Shown: positions 14,199 to 25,725 of the stretch, one piece after another | Numbering within the stretch: position 1 is the stretch's first letter | Layout of the letters: every line of letters begins with the position of its first letter | Source of the DNA: Eledone cirrhosa | Lineage: Eukaryota | Direction of reading: 5' to 3' | NCBI GenBank assembly: GCA_964016885.1 | Contig: OZ024743.1 | Location: 197,222,001 to 197,286,000, forward strand | Length of the DNA stretch: 64,000 nt | Made by a program: the position numbers and the translations under genes | Notes under the pieces: model-generated | What the model was told of the DNA's origin: nothing | Databases searched by the model: none | The model's input: only the letters and a program-made list of their open reading frames with translations

Positions 14199-15692
14199 AA
14201 TAAGGTCAAAGTTAAAGTAAGTTGATTTATCCAAAAACTTGGATATGCTATTGTTACAAAGTAAACTAACAATTTTTTATTTGTACTTGCAGTCTGACTG
14301 GACTGGAAACCATCTACTTCAATTCACTTACTCATTTGTTGTATATATTTTACTATTTACTAATAAATATACCCTCTTACGTGGTCATGAAAACCCTCTT
14401 CCGTGGTCTCTAAGCTCACAAAGCAGAGGGGACATCAAGTTAGATATGAACATTTATCCTGTCCGTTTCATTAAAGGGAACATTGGAAAGCTTTGAAATG
14501 ATATAATTGCCACTTTCTTCCATATAAGAGCACACTTGGGATAGACAGAGTTGCTGTTGTATAAATGTTCAAAATAGCTGGTATCGCCTGGTGAGAATAT
14601 AACAAATTCAACTGGTCCTTATTCATAAAAAAGAACATTTATGTTCCTTTTTTTGAAATTTATATATTTCCTTTCAAGGAATGTATTTATACTCTCAGCT
14701 GCCTGCAATGGTATCTTTGGAATATTGTTAATCAATTTTTTAGTAATCTACTGATATCAAAATCAGTAGTATATTGAAAAAGGGAAAAATAGGGTAGGGG
14801 GTGTTTCGTGATTTCGAGGGACAAAAGAGGGCGTTTGGCCTAAATGGGTTGAGAACCTGTGATGTAGATAATGTAGTTAGTGCTCACAGCAACATTGGAG
14901 AGAATATATCAGATATTGAGTTAGAAACTGAAAATAATGTTGTGTAGGCCAGGCTGTTATTTTTAGCAGCATAGGTTTATGAGACAAGCTAGGCTCAGAA
15001 GACATGTGCATTATTTCATATATTTCTGATATACTTAGAAGTGGAAGGATTGCTAATTTTTAATACCTACTGATGAGCAGAAAGTTGGTGATTCCTTCGC
15101 TTAATAAGTTGCAAAACAGTTCTTATAACTGTCTAGGTGTTGCAGGAAGTTGCCCAATATAGGTTTGTTCTTCTTTTTCTTGATTTATTACTTTAAATTA
15201 AGTCTGGCAAACCATATTGTTATAGTTAGTATTTTTTCACCCTAGTGAACCTGGTCCTTTACAATTCGAACACATGTATGTTTATATTTGTGTTTATCTC
15301 TCTTATATATTCAATTATATTTTATATATATATATAAAAGTCAGGAAGACACTTCAGTTGTGTTAAACACATGAAAAGCTTATTAGTGTTGGTAATCTAC
15401 ACAAATAACACCAGAATTAACACACCCAATGCACTTTGTACGATGGTTGATGATAGGAAGGGCATCTGTCCACAGAAAATCTGCCAAATAAAAAGTTAGG
15501 AGGATCCATCAGCTGTGTCAAAGACATAATCTCCCTAATGTTAGTGTCACAATAAAATGAACTCTGTAGACTGCAGGATTGCATATGAGTGAGATGCAGG
15601 AGCCTGGCTCACCTCAGAGATCAGTCACCCCCTCCACCCTCTGTTAGCAGGGAGGATGGATAATGATGATGATGATGATAATGATATAATAT

Positions 15693-15723
<31 letters not shown>

Positions 15724-18349
15724 CACACACACAACATAACCTTTTATTTTTAACAGAAGAGAAACTGGTTGAAAAATATTCTCTAAAAAATGGCAACATA
15801 CCAATGGCTAGAGACAACAGAACTGAAGCAAGAGTTTGCTGCAATAATACAAATATATATATGAACATTATTTTGAACACAAAACAATCTATGTGAAACT
15901 GACATAACTCGTAAACTAATTGGGCATTTTTGGCAACCTTTAACTTTACAAAGAACAATGAATCCCAGAGGAGAGCGACCTAAAGCTAGAAGCAGAAAGA
16001 AAATGTCCCTGGCAGTTCTATTGTTGTGAGAATCAATGTCATGACTAACAAAAACAAATAAAGAAAAGTTGAAATGGCAAAAAGTAATTACTTTGAGTGC
16101 AAGATCTATAGATCCATTTAGCTTCAGACAATTCTGGTCAGCATAGAACATGGGTCTACAATGTGAGAATTGCCAGGACTGACGCTTGTTAAACCGGTGC
16201 TTAGCTTAAGGTCATTGATAGCCTGCAGAGAACTGTGTAAAGTGGTGCCAACATCTCTCAATAAAAATCTTTTCTTTACTTACAAATTGCATAAATCTTT
16301 GTTGCAGCCACACAGTGCAATGACTGAGTTGCTAGTGACAGCAAAAGGTGGCAGTGAGTGATTTTCCTAGGATATGCACAGCAGATATATGTCTCATGTT
16401 ACAAAGAAACATGTTGACAAAAGGAAAACCACTGGCATTGTATGCTAAATAAAGTTACTGACAAAAATAACCTTTTTTTTCAGAAGTAACTTTTTCCTCT
16501 CTCTTATTTTTCTCTTTTAATGATACTGGTGATGATATCAAAAACATTTATCATATATCAGTTTATCATTTGCTGATATAAAAACTAGGAAAGAGAAAAT
16601 AGAACAAAATATAAAATATATATATATATACAGATAAAATATAATTCAATCCTGAGAAATAAATTCTTTAATTACTTCAGTTTGCCCTGATATTTATTCC
16701 TGTTTATGTGGTTAAGAAGTGAACTTCTAAACCATATAATTCTGGATCCAGACCTGCTATGTGACACCTTGAGCAAGTGTCTTGTACTATAGCTCCAGAC
16801 TGACCAATGCCTTGTGAGTGAATTTGGTAGATGAGAATTCTAAAGGCCGACTGCTTGTATGTTTATATGTATGTGAGCCATCACCTCCAAAACACTTAGG
16901 TTGGTGAATTTCTTACCATACTTAAGTATTGGTTGCCATCAGAAAGGGCATCCGACCATAGAAATTTGTAGTGGATAAAGCAGGATATTTTATACAAGTT
17001 GTTAATAGTAGTATCATTTGTTACAGACTAATAACAGGTTCATCACAGGCTCACTGCATTTCTGATGGCAAGAATAAGAACAATGTCTCAATAATTCAGA
17101 GCAAAGTACTCTGTTTGAAGAGCTCCATATTTTGTATATCAATAATTACATTGGCAGAATTGGTAAAGCATCGAACAAAATGCCATTGTGGTATTTGTTT
17201 TACATTCCGAGTGCCAATCCTGCTAAGGTCAACTTTGCCTTTCATCCTTTTTTTTTTTAAGACAGAAAAATGTCTTAGTTATGAAACTGGTGAGAGACAA
17301 GATGCAAAAACACACCACATTTAATTGTTTCTGTCATTTTCTTTGATAAATTAGAGTAATAACTGATTGTATATTATTTTTCTCTCACATTAGTATTGTT
17401 GATTTTTGTTGTGGCTGCTCACACCTGCATAGGTTTAGTTGGTCTCACATCATGCTGCATCATATAGGAAGTCTCCTCACTGATTTGACCCTTACATGAC
17501 CATATCTCTCATGAAATGTACACTAATTCAATTAATTAATAAAGAGTTTGTAGGGATTTACTAACATTATTTCATTACCATATATTGTAGTAACCTAACA
17601 TATGGTTTTTATACAAAATTATGTTGGGAGATTTTAATTTTAAAAAACTTTTAATAATACGTATTTTTATTTAATTTAATTTATTTATCTATTTATCTTT
17701 TACATATATCCAGAACCAATTTTAGCCGGCTTGGTATTAACATTTATTTCATCTAGTGTTCATTTTTGCATCCTCACCAATTTAATTAAATTACAATAGG
17801 AAATTTCAATGTAAATAGAATTTCAGAGAGTCATCAACCTAAATGTCTTACAGATGAATCTTCCAGTTTTAGTTGGGATCAAATGATAAGGCTCCCAGTC
17901 CCACCATATCCTCATTTTTCTAGTAATAGGAGGCAGAAGTCTTAGTTTTCTCTTCTGCTTAGCTCATATTTTCTCACTTTCTTCAGATGCTATGGTATAG
18001 TATCTGTGGATCACACCTATTTCTTGTAATGCCTACCAATATGCCTTAGGTAAGTTTGATCATCAAAGCTGACAAAAGCACACAACGACGATATGAAGAT
18101 TTATATCTATGCAAGAAATCCTTTTTCACACATGATTTTTCTTATTTTCTTCCACTCTATCTCACACTATCTATCTGTCTATCTATCTCTCACATAAACA
18201 CACACACTCATTATCACTCAATCTCTTCTTCTTAAATACATATACAAAAATGTATACATTATAGTGTTACTGGTCAAATTATTTATTTCACATCCTATAT
18301 TGACATAAATTTTTTTTTTAGTTTCCATATTATAAATTCCAAGGCTTGT

Positions 18350-18450
<101 letters not shown>

Positions 18451-18511
18451 AAATTATAAAAATTATAAAAAATAAACAAAGAAGCCTTCAATACATCAAC
18501 AGTCTTTATTA

Positions 18512-18552
18512 GCTGACAGTGTTTCGTCCCATTAATAAGGACTCATCAGAGC
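18512..18552 (-). ncRNA. Minimal type-I hammerhead ribozyme (inverted copy)
   Basis: Exact reverse complement of 19061-19101. Confidence 0.85.
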
Positions 18553-19060
18553 AAGGAAGTAGACAAGAAGTATTAACGGCCAGAACATATATATATATAT
18601 TTTTTGATGTCAATATATTATTCCATTGATTCTGGTATTACTTATTCACACCGCCAGGGTGATTATTCTATTATAATGTTTATATTTATATTTATATCTG
18701 TGTTAGTATGTGTTGGAGTAAATGTGTATATATGTGTGTCAGAGTGAGTGTGGATATATATATATATATATATATAAAGTTTTTTATTTCTTATTATCTA
18801 TTGTATTGTATATTGTATTATAATTCTCACATTGTATTATTATGTTGTGTTTCATGTATTAGTCTTATATTGTACTTTCAACGTGGGTTTATTTTAATGT
18901 CTTACTTGCTCTCTTGCCCTATAGTCTATACTTACAAATGCACCCTTTTAGCTTTAGCATGTCTTTCCAAGTTAACTTTCCTAAATTTTCATAAATATCA
19001 ATTCCCTATTCTTCTGAGTTTTGGTTGTTCTGGCCGTTAATACTTCTTGTCTATTTCCTT

Positions 19061-19101
19061 GCTCTGATGAGTCCTTATTAATGGGACGAAACACTGTCAG
19101 C
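19061..19101 (+). ncRNA. Minimal type-I hammerhead ribozyme
   Basis: gct-CTGATGA-gtcc(ttattaatg)ggac-GAAA-c(act)G-TC-agc: canonical core, G-C closed stem II, GUC site. Confidence 0.88.
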
Positions 19102-19305
19102 TAATAAAGACTTTTGATGTATTGAAGGCTTCTTTGTTTATTTTTTATAATTTTTCGGCTCTGTTGGATAACATTGAGCTATATCCTATACTATCATTTC
19201 TCTAATACGACGAGTGTGTTTAACTCCAATGCACTCTAGTATTTTAATCTTATATATATATATATATATACACACATATATGCATATATATACACATAGA
19301 TACAA

Positions 19306-19378
<73 letters not shown>

Positions 19379-19387
19379 TATACACAC

Positions 19388-19436
<49 letters not shown>

Positions 19437-19586
19437 TATGATATTAATAAATGGAAACTATATTTATAAAACCATATCTATTTCATTATACATATTTCAG
19501 GGATACCAAATACTTGTCGAGTGCTTTATATCAGTTATAAAAATATTTACTTGTTGTATCCCAACAATTTTAAATAGAACTTTTGC

Positions 19587-19624
<38 letters not shown>

Positions 19625-19625
<1 letters not shown>

Positions 19626-20101
19626 TCGACTCCCATGTATGACAACACTCATCTTTTTCCATTTCTCCGAGGGTTATAAACCCCACTATCAGGCTAGAAA
19701 TTTCTTTAGTCTAAAAAATATGGTGAAAGCTTATAATTTCTAATTTCTAATTTTCAAACTTGCGCACCGTTTCAAAAAACATACTTACATGTTTACATTT
19801 ATAATTTGCTTGTTTATCATTCACTTGCTAAGTTCATAGCTTCTAATTCGAATGGAAGGAGACGGGATGTGTATTGGTGTAATGGTAGCACAGTGGTCTG
19901 GATACCAAAGATGTGGGTTCGACTCCCATGTATGGCAACACTCATCTTTTTCCATTTCTCCGAGGGTTATAAACCCCACTATCAGGCTAGAAATTTCTTT
20001 AGTCTAAAATACGGTGAAAGCTTATAATTTTTAATTTCTAATTTTCAAACTCGCGCACCGTTTCAAAAAACATACTTATATGTTTACATTTATAATTTGC
20101 T

Positions 20102-20104
<3 letters not shown>
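19625..20104 (+). mobile_element. tRNA-headed repeat in partial tandem (292-bp period)
   Basis: TGGTGTAATGG...GGTTCGACTCCC at ~19874-19926; 19625-19812 repeats 19917-20104. Confidence 0.7.
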
Positions 20105-20141
<37 letters not shown>

Positions 20142-20153
20142 CATATAAATATA

Positions 20154-20221
<68 letters not shown>

Positions 20222-20234
20222 CATATAAATATAA

Positions 20235-20272
<38 letters not shown>

Positions 20273-20274
20273 AC

Positions 20275-20311
<37 letters not shown>

Positions 20312-20505
20312 CACATATGTATACATATATATATACACATATATATATATACACATATATACACATATATATATACAGAAACATATACATACATACATAT
20401 ATATACACATATATATATACATACATATATATATATATACACACATATATATATATACACATATACACAGTTGAAAATTGCAAACTTGACTGTCACCACA
20501 GAATA

Positions 20506-20544
20506 TGAACCTGAAGATTGTGAAAGCATGAAAGTACTTGTTCA
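20506..20544 (+). ncRNA. Minimal type-I hammerhead ribozyme
   Basis: tgaac-CTGAAGA-ttgt(gaaa)gcat-GAAA-gtac-TT-gttca: perfect 5-bp stem I, palindromic stem III. Confidence 0.75.
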
Positions 20545-20724
20545 ATTAACACTTAACATATTAATATTCTACCATACTATTTCATTCTAATACCATTCTA
20601 CATTTTAAAGGATTGTAAATAAAACGAGTAAATTCCTTTTATTAATATACACATATATATATACACACATATATATATATATACACACATATATATATAT
20701 ACACATGTATATATATACATATAT

Positions 20725-20960
20725 ATGGTGGCTGCTAACTCGTTTTCGAGTACAGCCACTACTTTATATCCATGTAGGAGAACCCCTGCCGATGCGCTGA
20801 ACGAGTGTGACTTTTTACTCCAGCCAGCGACTTGAAATCTCTGGTACAAACACTACACTTGCGACAATTATTGACACATAGTGCTGGGCCCATGGTACCA
20901 TGTGACGACAAGTGCAGAGAGATCTCCAGATATAGAAATGCCTGTGCCGTGAAGCTTTTA
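20725..20960. repeat. Unclassified interspersed repeat (also 24882-25120 extending to ~25490, and 45490-45712 inverted)
   Basis: Three highly similar copies, all within microsatellites. Confidence 0.8.
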
Positions 20961-21030
20961 ATGTATGTATATACACATGTATATATATATATACACATAT
21001 ATATATATATACACATGTTTATACACACAC

Positions 21031-21061
<31 letters not shown>

Positions 21062-21143
21062 CACATATGTATATACACACACATATATATAAAAAATATA
21101 TATACACATATATATATACAAATATATATATATATATATACAC

Positions 21144-21230
<87 letters not shown>

Positions 21231-21259
21231 TATATACACACACACACCTATATATACAC

Positions 21260-21292
<33 letters not shown>

Positions 21293-21333
21293 TATACACA
21301 CATATATATATACACATATATATATCTATCTAT

Positions 21334-21545
21334 CTAGGGCGGGTAAAATTCCCGAGATCCATGGACGAGTTCTCTCCAGCGGTCTCTGTCCCTCATTATC
21401 ACTGCCATGTCCTGCGTCTCCAACAGACCAGTGTCTGTCCTTAGGGCATCAACATACGTTAACCTTGGTCCTCCTCTTCCAGTGTGTCCATGTAGGGGCT
21501 CCCACAGGAGCACTGAGTGCAATGTCAACTCTGGATGTCGGCTCA
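21334..21545 (-). mobile_element. 3' fragment of another RTE-like LINE
   Basis: [19 protein letters not shown]...MRDRDRWR. Confidence 0.7.
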
Positions 21546-21705
21546 GAGAAGGAGAGTTAAGGCGAAAAAGATATTGGATGCTGAATTTACCAACGACATA
21601 GTTTTGGTGACAAATCCAGTGAAGGAGGCAGAGGATTTGATGCAGGAGGTTAAAATAAATATATATATATAAATAGACATATATATATATACATATATAT
21701 AAATA

Positions 21706-21746
<41 letters not shown>

Positions 21747-21751
<5 letters not shown>

Positions 21752-24565
21752 AACGAGTAGGACCCCGACGGCTAATTCTGGACTAAATGAACATTTTTAT
21801 CCTGGTATATGAATAGCCGAGCTTCTCAGGGGGTAATTCCATATATGGTAAAAGTGATTGTCACAAGGATTGGTCAAAAGTTTGTTGTTGAGACACAATT
21901 CTATCATGGCAATTTCTGGAAGGAAGGGGTAGCTGAACCTGCCAGTAGAAGAAAGAGGGAGAGGGGGTGGAGGAAACCCAGTCGTGCGTTGAGTGTCAAC
22001 TACAGCAGGGCAGGAGGTCAAGGAAGTATACTAGGGAGGGGGAGGGGGAGTAAGTCGAAACAATAAGTAAAACAATATGGGGTAAATATATAGAAAAATA
22101 CCGAGAATGTTAAAAAAACAATTAAATATAAAAAAAAACAATTTCTGGTTACTATAACCTAAAGACAGCTATCAAGTCTCTCACTGGTACTGCTAGACTA
22201 AAGAAAGGTTTACTAGGTGGGACGGAATTATAATGAGACCCTTTTAAAAGGTATTAGTAATCAACCGAGTATATCTTACGGTGACGGGTCAACAAGTGGG
22301 GGGCCAAAATACTAAAGAAACTACCACAAAATAATAATTCAGAGTCCCGAGACTAATACAAAATAATGGTTTCTACCCTAGGCACAAGGCCAGCAACCAC
22401 CCAGTGCAAAAAATAGACTAATACGAAATAATAATTCAGAATCCCGAAAAAGAATACTAATACTATCTCTAAGGGTGCCACTACGATACAAAAATTCTAG
22501 TGCAAACTACATAAATGCTCGTACGAAGTATATGAAAAATTTGATACGGAAAATTAATTCACGCAATGTAACATGGTTCAATCCTCTCCACAACGCCGAG
22601 GTGACAACTCCTATCGGGGAAATCTTCTTTAGGCTCATTGAAAAACACTTCCCACTACAACACTGCTACCACAACATAATTAACAAAAATACCATCAAAC
22701 TCTCCTACAGCACCACACCAAACTTTGCACAAAACATCGTCTCCTCTAACAACAAAAAAATCAACCCCTATGGAAGAAATAACCTAAATAGCAGTGGAGA
22801 GTCGACCAGGAGGTGCAACTGTCCTGATGGATCCATTTTCCCCCTCGACAACAGATGCAGAGATTGTAATGTGATCTACCAGTGCAATGTGAGGACGGAC
22901 ACCTCCAACAAAGCTTATATAGGATTAACAGCATATGACTTCAAGACCCGGCTATACCAACACAGACATACCTTCCAAAACCCGGCCCGGCGTCACGCCA
23001 CTACAATTTCGGGCCACATCTGGGACCTCAAGGATAACAATATCACATATGATCTCACTTGGAGCTTACTGTCCAGAGCCAACTCTTACACGGGAGGACA
23101 CCGTCCATGCAATTTATGCTCGGAGGAAACTTTACAAATGCTGTTTTCGACGGACCAACTCCTAAACAAGAAAGATGAACTGGTAACTGCATGCAAACAG
23201 ATTGCGTAGGACTTACCTCGCCCTGAAACCCCATAATGACCCGGGGGGGGGGGGTAGACAGGGGCTATAACACCCCACTTGCCGACTTTGTAATGGGTAA
23301 CCCCTGCTTGCAAAGGTAGACGTAAGATCTTCTTTTATATCTTTTTATCGCTTCCTCTATATTTCCTTCTTCCCCCATCCCTCCCTAGTCCTTCCACCCC
23401 AGTCCTCTTTCTTTGTCGTCGTCCTTTTCACTTTCTCGCCCACCCGAGGCAGCCCCTCGGTCCTTTGTAGCCTCAGTACCCCCACCCCCTTTCCCTATTC
23501 TATGATAGATTTGGCTGACTCCGCTTTTTGTAGCAGATGTGATAGACCCCGGATACTTGCCTTCTTATCCGATGGCTGCCCCTTTTCCGTGCTTTCTACA
23601 TTTCTTAGTGGTATCTTTGCTTTAATTTCTCGTATATCAGTATTTATTTATTTATTTTTTTATTTTATTTTTTTTTGGGGGGGGGGGAGGGATTCTGAAT
23701 TAATTTTCTGTATCAAATTTTTCATATACTTCGTACGAGCATTTATGTAGTTTGCACTAGAAATTTTGTATCATAGCGGCACCCTTAGAGATAGTATTAG
23801 TATTCTTTTTCGGGATTCTGAATTATTATTTCGTATTAGTTTATTTTTTGCACTGGGTGGTTGCTGGCCTTGTGCCTAGGGTAGAAACCATTATTTCGTA
23901 TTAGTCTCGGGACTCTGAATTATTATTTCGTGGTAGTTTCTTTAGTATTTTGCCTCCCCCCCCCACTTGTTGACCCGTCACCGTAAGATATACTCGGTTG
24001 ATTACTAATACCTCTTAAAAGGGTCTCATTATAATTCCGTCCCACCTAGTAAACCTTTCTTTAGTCTAGCAGTACCAGTGAGAGACTTGATAGCTGTCTT
24101 TAGGTTATAGTAACCAGAAATTGTTTTTTTTTATATTTAATTGTTTTTTTAACATTCTCGGTATTTTTCTATATATTTACCCCATATTGTTTTACTTATT
24201 GTTTCGACTTACTCCCCCTCCCCCTCCCTAGTATACTTCCTTGACCTCCTGCCCTGCTGTAGTGGGCACTATCAACACACGACTGGGTTTCCTCCACCCC
24301 CTCTCCCTCTTTCTTCTACTGGCAGGTTCAGCTACCAACAAACTTTTGACCAATCCTTGGGACAATCACTTTTACCATATATGGAATTACCCCATGAGAA
24401 GCTCGGCTATTCATATACCAGGATAAACATTTTTATTTAGTCCAGAATTAGCCATCGAAACGGCTTGAGCTCAGCCGTCGGGGTCCTATTCGTTCCTATT
24501 ACCCACTCTACTACCCTAAGTATTGAGTACTGGTCCACCTGGTTCCTTACCACATTTCCTTCATT
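21747..24565 (+). mobile_element. 5'-truncated Penelope-like element with ~0.8-kb inverted duplication of its 3' region
   Basis: Arms 21747-22561 and 23696-24499; tail 24500-24565; (TA)n on both sides. Confidence 0.88.
22562..23209 (+). pseudogene. Penelope-like linker plus GIY-YIG endonuclease (RT missing)
   Basis: WFNP...LSYS, CNC..., VIYQC..AYIGLT..FKTRLYQH, CNLCSEE, LLNKKDE; first ~29 aa of the listed ORF derive from the inverted arm. Confidence 0.88.
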
Positions 24566-24607
24566 ATATATATATATACATATATATAAATAGACATATA
24601 TATATAT

Positions 24608-24666
<59 letters not shown>

Positions 24667-24703
24667 TATATATATACATATATACACACATATATATATA
24701 TAT

Positions 24704-24819
<116 letters not shown>

Positions 24820-25521
24820 ATATATATATATGCGTCTGATGGTAGCTAAGATGCTTCCATAGGCGGTATATACATATATATATGGTGGCTGCCAACTCGT
24901 TTTCGAGTACGGCCACTACTTTATATCCATGTAGGAGAACCCCTATCGAAGCGCTGAACGAGTGTGACTTTTTAGTCCAGCCAGCGACTTGAAAACTCTG
25001 GTACAAACACTACACTTGTGACAATTATTGACACATAGTGCTGGGCCCATGGTACCATGTGAGGACAAGTGCAGAGAGATCTCCAGATATAAAGCAATGC
25101 CTGTGCCGTGAAGCTTTTATAGTGAGCAAAGGCACTGCACAAAGCCAGTCCCACTCTCTTAACCAAGATGATATTTACCAAAAAGAAGAACAAGTCAACA
25201 TCATTGGATACCATCAGGGTTGCAGGTGTTATATCAGAGTTTTCCTTCTCCTAGAATTCTGCCTTGACAAAGGCTAAGAGGTCATCTCTCCCGGTGATTT
25301 TGGATGGCCATTGACTCTTAAGAGCTCCTTTGCCCTTTGACAGGTTTTGTTTTTAGTCCTGCAGGATGTCCAAAGTCACCCTCCTCACCAAGAAACCTTG
25401 GTGGGGTTGCCAGTTTAGTCGCCAACGACCCGACCATGAGACAGGTTGTACTGGGATACATGTTACCAGTAGCACCAACTGGTGACCTGACATAAACATA
25501 TATATATACATATATATATAT

Positions 25522-25578
<57 letters not shown>

Positions 25579-25637
25579 TTATATATACATATATATATAT
25601 ACACATTATATATATGTATATATATATACACATATAT

Positions 25638-25723
<86 letters not shown>

Positions 25724-25725
<2 letters not shown>

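Larger units (their letters stand above)
12135..14861 (+). mobile_element. hAT (Buster/Charlie) transposon, internally deleted
   Basis: 14-bp TIRs caaaggttctcaac / gttgagaacctgtg; 8-bp TSD ATGTAGAT with central TA (12127-12134, 14862-14869). Confidence 0.93.
18459..19250 (+). mobile_element. Non-coding Penelope-like mini-element with ~130-bp inverted repeats (18459-18587 / 19026-19155) and 3' tail
   Basis: Visible inverted repeats carrying hammerheads; tail ggctctg...acattgagcta; flanked by (TA)n. Confidence 0.75.

Noticed and set aside
15070-15090. CTGATGA-gca-GAAA possible hammerhead
   Set aside because: No stem II, and no convincing stem I or III.
17985-18055. Possible exon (polypyrimidine-AG ... 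AG|GTAAGT)
   Set aside because: Stop codons in all three frames and no neighbouring exons; a non-coding exon cannot be excluded.
19865-19935. Functional tRNA gene
   Set aside because: A/B boxes present but acceptor and anticodon stems do not pair; part of a repeat.
24440-24480. Hammerhead in the 21747-24565 element
   Set aside because: Only GAAAC is present; no CTGANGA upstream and the site reads GGC.
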